In this document: in pieces, positions 9,306 to 18,404 of the stretch
How positions within the stretch are numbered: position 1 is the stretch's first letter
How the letters are laid out: each line of letters starts with the position of its first letter
Assembly (NCBI GenBank): GCA_016872925.1
Contig: VGYR01000002.1
Span: 1-40,192, forward strand
From: Planctomycetota bacterium
Lineage (GTDB): Bacteria > Planctomycetota > Planctomycetia > Pirellulales > UBA1268
Reading direction: 5' to 3'
DNA length: 40,192 nt
The notes under the pieces: generated by a model
Database searches by the model: none
What the model saw: the letters and a program-made list of their open reading frames with translations, nothing else
What the model was told of the DNA's origin: nothing
Made by a program: the position numbers and the translations under genes

Positions 9306-10669
9306 CGCCGCCGCTCCGCGCCGCTGCGGCGCAGGTGACCGAAGCTGCGATCGCGGCCGTACGGCCCGAAGCACTCCTGCCTCGGCGGCTCTCCTGGCGC
9401 GCCGGCGAGCTGCTCCTCGACGGCCGGTCGTTCGCCGCACCCGTGCGGCCGACGGGGCGGATCGTGGCGGTCGGCGGCGGCAAAGCGGCCGCCGGAATGG
9501 CCGCCGCGCTCGCCGGGATCCTGCCGGGCACCCGCCTGAGCGGGCTCGTCAGCGTGCCCGAGGGCGGCGGGAGGTCGCTGGCGCACGTCGAGGTTCGCGA
9601 GACGCGTCCCCGTGCGGCGAATCTGCCGACCGCGGCCGTGGTCGAGGCGACCGGCTCGATGCGGCGGCTGCTTGGGTCGCTGCGGCCCGAGGACCTTGCC
9701 GTGGTGCTCGTGACCGGCGGGGGCTCCGCGCTGCTCGAGGAGCCCGCGGCGGGCGTCGAGCTCGCCGACGTGATCGCGGTCACGCGGTCTCTCTCGGCGG
9801 CGGGCGCCGACATCGGCGAGCTCAACCTGGTTCGCCGGGCGGTCAGCCTCGTGAAGGCCGGGGGCCTCGCCCGGGCCTGCACCGCGGGTCGTCTCGTGGC
9901 GGTCGTGCTCTCCGACGTGATCGGCGACCCACTCGACCTGATCGCCTCGGGACCGTGCATGCCGGCTGGTTCCGGCTTCGGCGTCGCCCTGGCGATCCTC
10001 CGGCGGCACGCGGCGCTCGACGTGGCGCCACGGCTCACGCGGCATCTCGAGCAGGGGATCATCGAGGCGCACCCGCCCGCCCCGGGCGGCGAGTGGACCA
10101 CACCCTCCGGCTGCCGCGTCAGCCACGTGCTGCTGGGGGGCAACGCGACCGCCGTCGACGCCGCAGCGCGGGCCGCCGCTGAACTCGGCTACGACGTCAC
10201 CGCCCGGCATGCCGACGTCGCCCTTGAATCCGCGGAGGCGGCCGGCCGTCGGCTGGCGACGGAAGCGGCCGGGCTGATCGCCACCGCCTGCCACGACGGC
10301 CGCAGCCGCGCGGTGATCGAAGGCGGCGAAGCGGTGGTGAGGCTGCCCCGCGAGCACGGCCGGGGCGGTCGGAATCAGCAGACGGCTCTCGCGACGGTCG
10401 AGGCCTGGCAGCGGACGGGTGCCGCATGGCCCGCGGGACTCCTGATCACCAGCGTCGGCACCGACGGCGAGGACGGCCCGACCGAGTCCGCAGGAGGTGT
10501 GGTGGATCTCGAGGTCGTGCGGCAACTGGCCGCCCGCGGCATCGACATCGGCCGCGCGGTCGCCCGCTGCGACGCCCATCCCACCCTGGCCGCGGCGGGC
10601 GGGCTCGTCGTGACCGGTCCGACGGGCACGAACGTGGCCGACGTGCGGATCATCCTCGCCCGTCCGTGA
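9302..10669 (+). CDS. Glycerate 2-kinase / hydroxypyruvate reductase-like protein (DUF4147 + MOFRL family)
   Basis: VAVGGGKAAAGMA is a typical N-terminal motif. GGEAVVRLPREHGRGGRNQQTALA matches the conserved GGEtTV...GxGGRNQE block. The MOFRL-like C-terminus is GTDGEDGPT...TGPTGTNVADV. Confidence 0.85.
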   Translation: MTPPLRAAAAQVTEAAIAAVRPEALLPRRLSWRAGELLLDGRSFAAPVRPTGRIVAVGGGKAAAGMAAALAGILPGTRLSGLVSVPEGGGRSLAHVEVRETRPRAANLPTAAVVEATGSMRRLLGSLRPEDLAVVLVTGGGSALLEEPAAGVELADVIAVTRSLSAAGADIGELNLVRRAVSLVKAGGLARACTAGRLVAVVLSDVIGDPLDLIASGPCMPAGSGFGVALAILRRHAALDVAPRLTRHLEQGIIEAHPPAPGGEWTTPSGCRVSHVLLGGNATAVDAAARAAAELGYDVTARHADVALESAEAAGRRLATEAAGLIATACHDGRSRAVIEGGEAVVRLPREHGRGGRNQQTALATVEAWQRTGAAWPAGLLITSVGTDGEDGPTESAGGVVDLEVVRQLAARGIDIGRAVARCDAHPTLAAAGGLVVTGPTGTNVADVRIILARP

Positions 10670-10690
10670 ACGAGCCGCGGCGGGCAGACG

Positions 10691-11521
10691 TCACACGTCG
10701 CACAGGTCGATCGCCTGCCGCAGTCCCGCGACGGGATCCCGGGTCGGGATGAACTCGTGCCCCACCCAGCCCGAGTAGCCGATCTCGACGAGTTTCCGCA
10801 GGCAGGCCGGGAAGTTGATCTCCTGGTGCTCGTCGAGTTCACCGCGGCCGGGATTGCCGGCGGTGTGGACGTGCCCGATCACGTCCCGGCACTGCTCGAT
10901 CCGGCGGATGAGGTCGCCGTTCATGACCTGCACGTGGTACAGGTCGAAGAGCATCTTGACCCGCGGCGACCCGACGCGACGCACGATGTTCGCCACGTAG
11001 TCGACGTCGTCGCCCTGGTACCCAGGGTGCCCCTTCATGGGATGCGAGCCGTCGCGGGTGTTGAGGTGCTCGAGGCAGATCGTCACGCTCCGGCGCTCGG
11101 CGTGCCCAGCGAGGGCCTCGAGCCCCGCGACGCAGTTGTCGGCCCCCTCGTCGGCTGCGATTTCGCCGCTGGACGGGTCTTCGGCATCCCGCCACTTGTA
11201 GCCCGTGAAGGCGATCACCGAGGGGATGCCGAAATCCGCGCAGGCGTCGATCGTCCGCGTCGTGCACTCGATCACCTGGTCATGGTAGCGGGGATTGTTG
11301 AGCCCCTTCACGAACGGGGCACCGGGCATGCCGTTCATGGCGATCGCCGAGGTCAGGCCGTGCCGGCGGATCGTAGGCCAGGTGTCGGGATCCGAGAGTT
11401 CGATCGACCCCGCGCCCAGCTGCTTGGCGACCTCGCACGTGCGATCCATGTCCCACTTCTCGCCGGCAATGTTGAAGCACCAGAAGACGATCGAATGGCG
11501 GATGTTTCCCTTGAGCGGCAT
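10691..11521 (-). CDS. Hydroxypyruvate isomerase-family / xylose-isomerase-like TIM-barrel protein
   Basis: [23 protein letters not shown]...[12 protein letters not shown] matches the Hyi-family C-terminal signature (GHxHxA..PGR.E...QEIN...GY.GwvG.E). The start at [10 protein letters not shown] (11521) drops a 20-aa extension. Confidence 0.82.
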   Translation of the reverse strand: MPLKGNIRHSIVFWCFNIAGEKWDMDRTCEVAKQLGAGSIELSDPDTWPTIRRHGLTSAIAMNGMPGAPFVKGLNNPRYHDQVIECTTRTIDACADFGIPSVIAFTGYKWRDAEDPSSGEIAADEGADNCVAGLEALAGHAERRSVTICLEHLNTRDGSHPMKGHPGYQGDDVDYVANIVRRVGSPRVKMLFDLYHVQVMNGDLIRRIEQCRDVIGHVHTAGNPGRGELDEHQEINFPACLRKLVEIGYSGWVGHEFIPTRDPVAGLRQAIDLCDV

Positions 11522-11659
11522 GGGGGTGATCTCCGAGGGGCACGAAGGCGGGGCCGCACCGAACCGGCGGCCGTCGAGCACACTGAAACCGATGCTACAC
11601 TACCACTGCGTGTGTGCCGCGGGAAAGCGGCGGCGAACCCTCGATCCGGACACCCTCCC

Positions 11660-12634
11660 ATGGCCTCCCTGAAGCGGATTCTGGTCACCGGCGGCGCGGG
11701 ATTTCTCGGCAGCCACCTCTGCGAGCGCCTGGTTGAGGCCGGACACGACGTGATCTGTGCCGACAACTTCTTCACCAGCCAGAAGTCGAACGTCGCCCAC
11801 CTGCTCGATCGCGACAACTTCGAGCTCCTGCGGCATGACATCACGCAGCCGCTGTGGCTCGAGGTCGACGAGATCTACAACCTCGCTTGTCCGGCGGCTC
11901 CCGGGCACTACCAGTTCAACCCCATCAAGACCTTGAAGACGAGCGTCATGGGGGCGATCAACGTGCTGGGCATGGCGAAGCGGTGCCGGGCGAAGGTGCT
12001 GCAGGCTTCGACCAGCGAGGTGTACGGCGATCCGGAGGTGCATCCCCAGCCCGAGAGCTACCGCGGGGCGGTCAATCCGATCGGGCCACGCGCCTGCTAC
12101 GACGAGGGCAAGCGGGCGGCCGAGACGCTGTTCATGGATTACCACCGCCACAACGGCGTCAACGTGCGGATCGTGCGGATCTTCAACACCTACGGCCCGC
12201 GGATGCACCCGTTCGACGGCCGCGTGGTCTCCAACTTCATCCGCCAGGCGCTCGCCGGCGAACCGATCACCATCTTCGGATCCGGAGCCCAGACACGGAG
12301 CTTCTGCTACCGTGACGATGTGGTGGAGGGGATCATCCGGATGATGGACGCGGCCGACGATTTCAGTGGACCGGTCAATCTCGGAAACCCGGGCGAGTTC
12401 ACGATCCGCCAGCTCGCGGAACTGACGATCGAGCTCACGGGGTCTCGATCGGAGCTCGTCGAGCGCCCGCTCCCGGTCGACGACCCGGAGCGCCGGCGTC
12501 CCGACATCACGCTGGCCCGCGGGCGACTTGGCTGGGAGCCCCGGGTGCCTCTCCGCGAGGGCTTGGCCACGACCATCGATTGGTTCCGGTCGGTGAGGAT
12601 CGCCGACTTCCGCGCGCCCACCCCGAACTACTGA
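11660..12634 (+). CDS. UDP-glucuronate decarboxylase (UDP-xylose synthase; extended SDR family)
   Basis: The Rossmann motif is [14 protein letters not shown] and the catalytic region is STSEVYGDP...[16 protein letters not shown] and RRPDI are typical of the UXS/ArnA-decarboxylase clade. Confidence 0.9.
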   Translation: MASLKRILVTGGAGFLGSHLCERLVEAGHDVICADNFFTSQKSNVAHLLDRDNFELLRHDITQPLWLEVDEIYNLACPAAPGHYQFNPIKTLKTSVMGAINVLGMAKRCRAKVLQASTSEVYGDPEVHPQPESYRGAVNPIGPRACYDEGKRAAETLFMDYHRHNGVNVRIVRIFNTYGPRMHPFDGRVVSNFIRQALAGEPITIFGSGAQTRSFCYRDDVVEGIIRMMDAADDFSGPVNLGNPGEFTIRQLAELTIELTGSRSELVERPLPVDDPERRRPDITLARGRLGWEPRVPLREGLATTIDWFRSVRIADFRAPTPNY

Positions 12635-13176
12635 TCACCGGCCGGGTGCCCGGCGGCAGGGCGGCGGGCCAGCGCGAACAGCGCCGACACGGCCGCCAGG
12701 CCGATCGCGATTCCCACGCAGTCGTAGAGCCAGTCGAGCGGCTCGGCATCCCGGTTGAAGAACGGCTGGGTCACCTCGTCGAGACCGCCGAACACGGCCA
12801 GTGCCACCGCCAGCATCGTGACTCCGCGGTGCTTCGTCCGCCGGGCGGTCAGCCACGTCGCGGTGGCCAGGGAGGCGAGGGTCGCGTAGGCGGCGACGTG
12901 CAGCGTCTTGTCGGTCGGCGGGTTCGGCCCGAGCAGCTCCTCCGGCCGGGGGTGATGGGTGGCGTACACCAGCAGGCCGGTGAAGGCGATGGTCGCCGCC
13001 GCAAGCGCAGGTGCCAGCCACCGACGAGTGGGCGGGGAGGGGGCAGGCGGCACGGGCGCTCCTCGGGAGGGATCCGGGGACGATGACGGAACCACCGGCC
13101 CCGGAGAAGCCCAAAGAATACACCGGTTTTTGCTCTTCGCCCGGCCAGCCCCGTCCGCTACCGTCCCGCCCTTCAA
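12628..13176 (-). CDS. VanZ-like membrane protein (start uncertain)
   Basis: Several TM helices are visible. H..AYA..A early and [30 protein letters not shown] late resemble the VanZ-family DE.Q.F..R.....D motif. The first ~40 aa from the ATG at 13176 are low complexity. A GTG at 13053 ([12 protein letters not shown]...) is a plausible shorter start. Confidence 0.6.
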   Translation of the reverse strand: MKGGTVADGAGRAKSKNRCILWASPGPVVPSSSPDPSRGAPVPPAPSPPTRRWLAPALAAATIAFTGLLVYATHHPRPEELLGPNPPTDKTLHVAAYATLASLATATWLTARRTKHRGVTMLAVALAVFGGLDEVTQPFFNRDAEPLDWLYDCVGIAIGLAAVSALFALARRPAAGHPAGDQ

Positions 13177-13201
13177 CCGCCCACCCGTCCGGAGGACCGC
13201 G

Positions 13202-13468
13202 ATGACCCGCCAGGAACTTTCGACCGTCGTCCATGAACTGCTCGAAAAGGAGACGGGCGAGTCCTACCCGGGGCTCAAGGAGACGACCTCGCTGCGCGAA
13301 GGACTGAACCTCGACTCCCTCGACATGGCGGGTCTGGTGCTCCACATCGAGAGCCGCTTCGGCATCCAGATCGAGACCGAACTGCTCGAGGACATCTCGA
13401 CCGTGGGGGACATGCTCGACGTGCTCGAGGCAAAGCTCGCGGCCAAGGAGGGTCGGCAGGCCGCCTGA
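13202..13468 (+). CDS. Acyl carrier protein (stand-alone, 88 aa)
   Basis: GLNLDSLDMAGLV contains the phosphopantetheine attachment motif (DSL; Ser codon 13316..13318). The protein is acidic and of ACP size. A GGAGGA Shine-Dalgarno sequence lies 5 nt upstream of the ATG. Confidence 0.85.
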   Translation: MTRQELSTVVHELLEKETGESYPGLKETTSLREGLNLDSLDMAGLVLHIESRFGIQIETELLEDISTVGDMLDVLEAKLAAKEGRQAA

Positions 13469-13502
13469 CCGTCCATCCGCCACCACCCGGGGATCGCCGA
13501 CG

Positions 13503-14345
13503 ATGATCGCTCACCTCCGTCCCCACCGCCCGCGCCGGGCGGCATGTGCGATCCAGGCCCACGCCTACGTGGAAGCGGCGTTCTCCCGGATCGCCGCGCT
13601 GCGGGATGAGCCGCCGCCGACCGGCGCACCCTCCCTGCCGACACGGTTCCTCCGGCACGCCGACGAGCAGACCGTCGTCGCAGTCCGGGCCGTGCTCGAG
13701 GCATCCACGCTGCTGCCGGAGCCCGTCGCCGCGGCCCGCTGCGGCGTCGTGGCCGCGCCGTGCCAGGCAGGCCGGATCGCCACCGCCCGCTCGCTCGCGC
13801 TGCTGCAGACCGGCGGCGCCGTGACGGTCTCGCCCCACATCGTGCCGCAGTGCTCGCTGCACTCGGTCGCCGGCGCGGTCAGCGTCGCCTTCGGCATGCA
13901 CGGCCCGCACGTCGGGATCGGCGGCGGGCCGGATGCCCTCTCCGAAGGACTGTTCACCGCCCTGTCGCTGATCGACTCCGGCATGCCCGATCCATGTGAC
14001 GCCGTCTGGTTGTTGGTGTCGGATTGGGAGTCGGAGCCGGAACTCGACTCACACGGCGAGCCGCTCGGCGAGCCGGTCTGCCGGGCCTTGGCGATGCTGC
14101 TGGCTCCGGAGGCCGCAGCCGCCGGCACGGAGCCGCGGATCGCCCTCGTCACGCCCGCAGGCCAATGGCCCGCGGACCCCCCTGACGAGCCCGACGTCGA
14201 TCTGGCCGCCTTCGCCCGCGCGATCGACATGTGCCGATCCGGCATGGCCCTCGCCTCGTGGGCGGTGAACTGTCCCTGGGGGGGTCGGGTTCGCGTCGAG
14301 GCGGGAACGGAATCCCTGGTCTCGAGCCGGCGGGAAGCGGCATGA
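13503..14345 (+). CDS. Ketosynthase-like protein lacking the active-site cysteine (chain-length-factor or PF13723-like partner subunit)
   Basis: SPHIVPQCSLHSVAGAVSVAFGMHGPHVGIGGGPDA aligns by eye to the KS segment that precedes the catalytic Cys, but reads GGGPDA where KS enzymes read ACxS. At 280 aa it has no His-His region. The N-terminal LPTRFLRHADEQT resembles the RRR-type motif of KS N-terminal-domain-only proteins. ATGA overlaps the downstream KS. Confidence 0.65.
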   Translation: MIAHLRPHRPRRAACAIQAHAYVEAAFSRIAALRDEPPPTGAPSLPTRFLRHADEQTVVAVRAVLEASTLLPEPVAAARCGVVAAPCQAGRIATARSLALLQTGGAVTVSPHIVPQCSLHSVAGAVSVAFGMHGPHVGIGGGPDALSEGLFTALSLIDSGMPDPCDAVWLLVSDWESEPELDSHGEPLGEPVCRALAMLLAPEAAAAGTEPRIALVTPAGQWPADPPDEPDVDLAAFARAIDMCRSGMALASWAVNCPWGGRVRVEAGTESLVSSRREAA

Positions 14346-15568
14346 CCCGCACGCGGCAGGCCGACGAACCGGTCGTGATCACCGGCCTGGGCGCCGTGTC
14401 GCCGCTGGGCTCCTCGTTCGACGGGATCGCGGACGCCCTGCTGGCCGGCCGCTCCGGCGTGCGGGCGATCGACCCCGGTCCGCACGCCCGCGAAGCGGTG
14501 CAGTTCGCGGCGCCCGTCGCGGACATTCCGGCACCGGCGGACGGTGATCCCGCCGCGGGAGGATTTCCGCAGCTCGACCGCCTGGAGCGGCTCTGCCTGT
14601 CGGCGGCCGCAACCGCCGTGGCCGACTCGGGGCTCGACGCCGAGTGCGGCGCCCGCATCGGCATCGCCCTGGGCGTCGGCGCGGAGCACTTGAAGTCTTG
14701 GGAGCTCGATTTTCTCGCCGGCGGTGATGGCGTGTTCGTGGGCCGGCGGCAGCCGACGCTCGTCCACCGACTCGCTCGCCGGCTCAAGCTCCGGGGCCCC
14801 GCGCTGACCGTCGCCGCAGCCTGTGCATCCAGCGGATACGCGATGGCCCTGGGGCGCGCCTGGATCGATGCGGGCTGGGTCGACGCCTGCGTCGTGGGGG
14901 GCTGCGACATCCTCAGCCCCACCTCCCTTGCGGCCTTCTACAACCTCCGCGCCCTCTCCCGCCGAAGCGACGATCCCGCCAAGGCGTCCCGGCCGTTCGA
15001 CGGAGCCCGCGACGGCTTCGTGATGGGGGAGGGAGGGGCCTTCTTCATGCTCGAGCGGCGGTGCGACGCGGTCCAGCGGGGCGGCCGCATCCGGGGCGAA
15101 TTGGCCGGCATCGGCATGTCCAGCGACGGCGTCCACATGGTGATCCCGAGCACCGAGTCGGTGCACGCCGCGCGGGCGATCTCCGACGCCCTGGCCGACG
15201 CCGGTGTCATGCCCGACGAGGTCGACTACATCAACGCCCACGCGGCGGGCACGCCCGTCGGCGACGTCGCCGAGGCGGGGGCGATCCGCCGCGCCTTCGG
15301 GGCCGCTGCCGACTCGATCCCGGTGAGTTCCACGAAGAGCATGTCCGGCCACATGATCAGCGGAGCGGCCGCCTTCGAGGCTCTCGCCTGCCTGGCCGCG
15401 ATCGACCGTCAGGCGGCTCCGCCGACGATCAACCTCGACCATCCCGATCCGCAGTGTCCCCTCGACCACGTGCCGCACGCCTGCCGCCCGCGTCGAATCC
15501 GCGTGGCCGCGAGCAACTCGTTCGGCTTCGGGGGCTCCAACCTCTGTCTCGTTCTCAAGGCGGCCTGA
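14342..15568 (+). CDS. Beta-ketoacyl-ACP synthase (FabF/KAS II-like), apparently catalytically complete
   Basis: The active-site Cys is in TVAAACASSGY (Cys codon 14822..14824). The His residues are in YINAHAAGTPVGD and STKSMSGHMISGAA. The C-terminus carries NSFGFGGSN. The start at MTRTRQADEPVVITGLG is the typical KS N-terminus. Confidence 0.9.
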   Translation: MTRTRQADEPVVITGLGAVSPLGSSFDGIADALLAGRSGVRAIDPGPHAREAVQFAAPVADIPAPADGDPAAGGFPQLDRLERLCLSAAATAVADSGLDAECGARIGIALGVGAEHLKSWELDFLAGGDGVFVGRRQPTLVHRLARRLKLRGPALTVAAACASSGYAMALGRAWIDAGWVDACVVGGCDILSPTSLAAFYNLRALSRRSDDPAKASRPFDGARDGFVMGEGGAFFMLERRCDAVQRGGRIRGELAGIGMSSDGVHMVIPSTESVHAARAISDALADAGVMPDEVDYINAHAAGTPVGDVAEAGAIRRAFGAAADSIPVSSTKSMSGHMISGAAAFEALACLAAIDRQAAPPTINLDHPDPQCPLDHVPHACRPRRIRVAASNSFGFGGSNLCLVLKAA

Positions 15569-15597
15569 GGCCGCCGCACCTCGCCGGAGTCCAGAGC

Positions 15598-16221
15598 ATG
15601 ACGAAATCCGCCCCGCGGCCGGTCGAGATGACCACGATCGACACCCTCCTCGCCCACCTCGTCGACCACTGGCATCACTTCGAGCCCGAGCACTCGGAGG
15701 AGGGGCTTCGCGGCCGGATCTGTGATCTGCATCGGTACAACTTCCTGCTCTGGCACGAGGAGGACATCGCCCGTTCGCCGCACGTCACCGACGGCCGGAT
15801 CGCCCAGGTGAAGCGGGCGATCGACCGCTACAACCAGCTCCGCAACGACTGCATCGAGAAGGTCGACGACTGGCTGACGGCCGACCTCACCGCCCGGGGC
15901 ATCGTGGCACCTCCCACGGCGCCTGCCGCCACGGAGACACCCGGCGCCGCGGTCGACCGGCTGTCGATTCTCGAGCTTCGCCGCTACCACATGCGGGAAC
16001 AGATCGAGCGGAAGGACGCCACGACCGAGCACCGCCAGAAGGCGGCCGCCCGGATGGTGGTGCTCGACGAGCAGCGGACGCATCTCGTCGAGGCGGTCGA
16101 CCGACTGGTCACCGAGATCTACGCCGCCCGACGACCGCTCCGCGTCTTCCGGCAGATGAAGATGTACAACGATCCGACGATGAATCCGTATCTCTACAAG
16201 GCCTCGGGACGGGCCGCGTAA
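15598..16221 (+). CDS. DUF4254-like protein (207 aa), function unknown
   Basis: HRYNFLLWHEEDIAR...IAQVKRAIDRYNQLRNDCIEKVDDWL matches my recollection of the DUF4254 (PF14063) core (NF.LW..ED.AR...K..ID..NQ.RND.IE). The gene starts 29 nt downstream of the KS on the same strand. Confidence 0.7.
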   Translation: MTKSAPRPVEMTTIDTLLAHLVDHWHHFEPEHSEEGLRGRICDLHRYNFLLWHEEDIARSPHVTDGRIAQVKRAIDRYNQLRNDCIEKVDDWLTADLTARGIVAPPTAPAATETPGAAVDRLSILELRRYHMREQIERKDATTEHRQKAAARMVVLDEQRTHLVEAVDRLVTEIYAARRPLRVFRQMKMYNDPTMNPYLYKASGRAA

Positions 16222-16223
16222 CG

Positions 16224-16244
16224 GGCCGCGGTCAGGCCGCGGCC
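16224..16244. terminator. GC-rich hairpin between convergent genes (possible bidirectional terminator, no U-tract)
   Basis: GGCCGCGG (16224..16231) pairs with CCGCGGCC (16237..16244) across a 5-nt loop. It starts 3 nt after the DUF4254 stop and ends ~80 nt before the convergent gene's stop. No T-run follows on either strand. Confidence 0.3.
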
Positions 16245-16322
16245 GATCTCCCCCGTGGCGCACCGCCCGGCGGCGACCAGTCCCGGATGGCCGCGGGTTT
16301 CCGGGCACTCCTCGGGCCGAAG

Positions 16323-17426
16323 TCACTTCGCCAGGCAGTACGACAGTGCCAGCAGGGCATAGGCGGTGGCGAGGTCGGTCTCCCCCTCCATCCAGCGCTC
16401 GTTGGCGTTCTTCCAGGAGCCGTCTTCGCGCTGCCGCGCGATGATCGCGGTCGAGAGGTCGTCCCGCCACCCGTGCTGCGTGCCGTCGGCGGAGGTGAAC
16501 GACTCCACGCCGAACACGTCGAGCGACTTGGCGGCGGTGTGGAAGTAGTAGAACAGCCCCGCGTCGCCCATGCCCGGGTTCTCCTCGAAGGTGTAGTGCT
16601 TCGCCAGCCAGGCCACCGCAGCCTGCACCCGCGGGTCGTCCTTGCCGACGCCCGCGTAGATCATGCTCTTGAGACCTGCGTAGGTCATTGACCCGTAACT
16701 GCGGAGCCCCCCTTCGGCCGTCGTGCCCGCCTGGCTCTCACCCCCGGCGGCAGGCGTGTAGTAGAAGCCGCCATCCGGGTTCTTCTCGGCGAACGGGAGT
16801 GGATTGTGCGGGCCGGGGAGGTTCTGCGTCCGCGACACGAAGTCGAGAGCCCGCTTGATGGCAGGGTCGTTCTCGCTGGTGCCGATCGTGCGGAGCGCCT
16901 CCACCATGAACTGCGTGTTGGACAGATCGGGCCGCGCCTTTTTGCCGTAGCCGGCGCCGCCATAGGCCGGATCGGACCGGTCCTTGCCCTCCCCTTCGTC
17001 CCACTGCAGGCCCTTCACGTACGCCGCCGCGTCGGTGATGGCGGAGTCGAGCGACCCGTCGGTGTTGCACGCCGCCAGCGCGAGCAGGCCGATCGACGAC
17101 TCGTAGTTCGCGACCGGCGAATCGGGGGCATAGATTCCACCATCCGGCTGCTTGAAGGAGAGCAGGTAGGCGAGCGCCCGCTTCACCGGAGGGGCGGCCG
17201 GCGGCATCCCCGACCGGACCAGGGCCGTCACCGCCAGCGCCGTGACCGCCGGGCCGACCGCGGCCGAGAAACTGCCGTCCGCCGCCTGCTCGTGCTCGAC
17301 GAGGAACTCCGCCCCCCGCGCGATCGCGGCATGGATCTCCTCGGGAGACGAGCCGGAGACGGGCTCCGGCCCGAAGACCAGCAGCGCCAGGCAGGCAAGC
17401 GCCGACGGACGCAGGCAGGGAACCAT
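16323..17426 (-). CDS. Secreted prenyltransferase / squalene-oxidase-repeat (terpenoid-cyclase-like alpha/alpha toroid) protein
   Basis: The signal peptide is MVPCLRPSALACLALLVFGPEPVSG. Recurrent repeat cores are present: AADGSF, KQPDGGIY, KNPDGGFYY, QREDGSWKN. The start at 17426 drops an 80-aa low-complexity extension. Confidence 0.8.
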   Translation of the reverse strand: MVPCLRPSALACLALLVFGPEPVSGSSPEEIHAAIARGAEFLVEHEQAADGSFSAAVGPAVTALAVTALVRSGMPPAAPPVKRALAYLLSFKQPDGGIYAPDSPVANYESSIGLLALAACNTDGSLDSAITDAAAYVKGLQWDEGEGKDRSDPAYGGAGYGKKARPDLSNTQFMVEALRTIGTSENDPAIKRALDFVSRTQNLPGPHNPLPFAEKNPDGGFYYTPAAGGESQAGTTAEGGLRSYGSMTYAGLKSMIYAGVGKDDPRVQAAVAWLAKHYTFEENPGMGDAGLFYYFHTAAKSLDVFGVESFTSADGTQHGWRDDLSTAIIARQREDGSWKNANERWMEGETDLATAYALLALSYCLAK

Positions 17427-17553
17427 CGGAAAACTCCGGGGGTGGAAGGCCCGGGAAGCATACGGCCGGCCGGGCGGCGGGTGAACCGGCCGGTGGCGGC
17501 GGGACGGTGAAGTTTTCACCGCCGCCGAGCGTGGCGCGGAAACCCGGTCCGCG

Positions 17554-18123
17554 TCAGGGAGCGACGGGCAAGGCGCGGGGGTACGGAGGCACCCGCTTGG
17601 CCGGCGGATCCCTGCCCTCCTCCAGCCGCCACTCCTCCCGCTCGTCGTCGTCGGCGTAGTAGACAAGCCAGGTCGTCTGGTCGCCGTCGGTGGTGGCGCT
17701 GCAGTCCCAATGGACGTAGTTGTCGGGCAGGTCGACCTGCTTGATCTTGGCGGGCAGGATGTCGCGACGAATCAGCGAATACAAGTCCCGGTCCGAGAGG
17801 TGGTCGGTGAAGTCGAGCACGATCCGCTTCTCGTAGAGCACTTCGATCGTCTGCCAGAGCCGCTCGTGGAGTTGACCATCGTCGAGGGTGCAGGCAGGCT
17901 GGAGGGCCAGCTGCGGCTGAAACCAGCGGGCCACCGGTGCGAGCGGGGCCATTTCCCAGGCCAGCATCGACTCCAGGAACCGATTCTCGGCCTCGGTCGG
18001 CAGGCCCCGGAAGTCGACCTCCCAGATCGACTCGTCCGCATAGGGCTCGATCGCCGTCCGCAGTTCGCCGTTCCGCAGCAGGCAGTCGACTTCTTCCGGG
18101 TCGGGATGGCGGGCGAGGGGCAT
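17554..18123 (-). CDS. Hypothetical protein (189 aa), acidic and globular-looking
   Basis: The composition is coding-like (…WEVDFRGLPTEAENRFLESMLAWEMAPL…LYEKRIVLDFTDHLSDRDLYSLIRRDILP…). I recognised no motif. An alternative upstream ATG lies at 18219. Confidence 0.55.
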   Translation of the reverse strand: MPLARHPDPEEVDCLLRNGELRTAIEPYADESIWEVDFRGLPTEAENRFLESMLAWEMAPLAPVARWFQPQLALQPACTLDDGQLHERLWQTIEVLYEKRIVLDFTDHLSDRDLYSLIRRDILPAKIKQVDLPDNYVHWDCSATTDGDQTTWLVYYADDDEREEWRLEEGRDPPAKRVPPYPRALPVAP

Positions 18124-18404
18124 GCCGGAGGAATTCCTCGGAACTCGACTCGCGGCCGCGGACCACGCCCGCCGCCGGATCGACTCTCGCGACGATACCA
18201 ACCCGGGGGTCCGCTTCAACGACTTTCACCCGCCTTTCCAGCGGTTTTTTCGCCGTCCAGCCGGCACGACCGCTACGACGTGACGACTTTTCGCCGCCCG
18301 CCATCATCCCGCCATTTGCCGCGCCGGCGTTGACCGTGCCCTTTGACGCCGCGTTCGCGGCCAGCGGCAAACTGGGGCGCGGCGGAGCGGGCCCGGCGGT
18401 CGTC

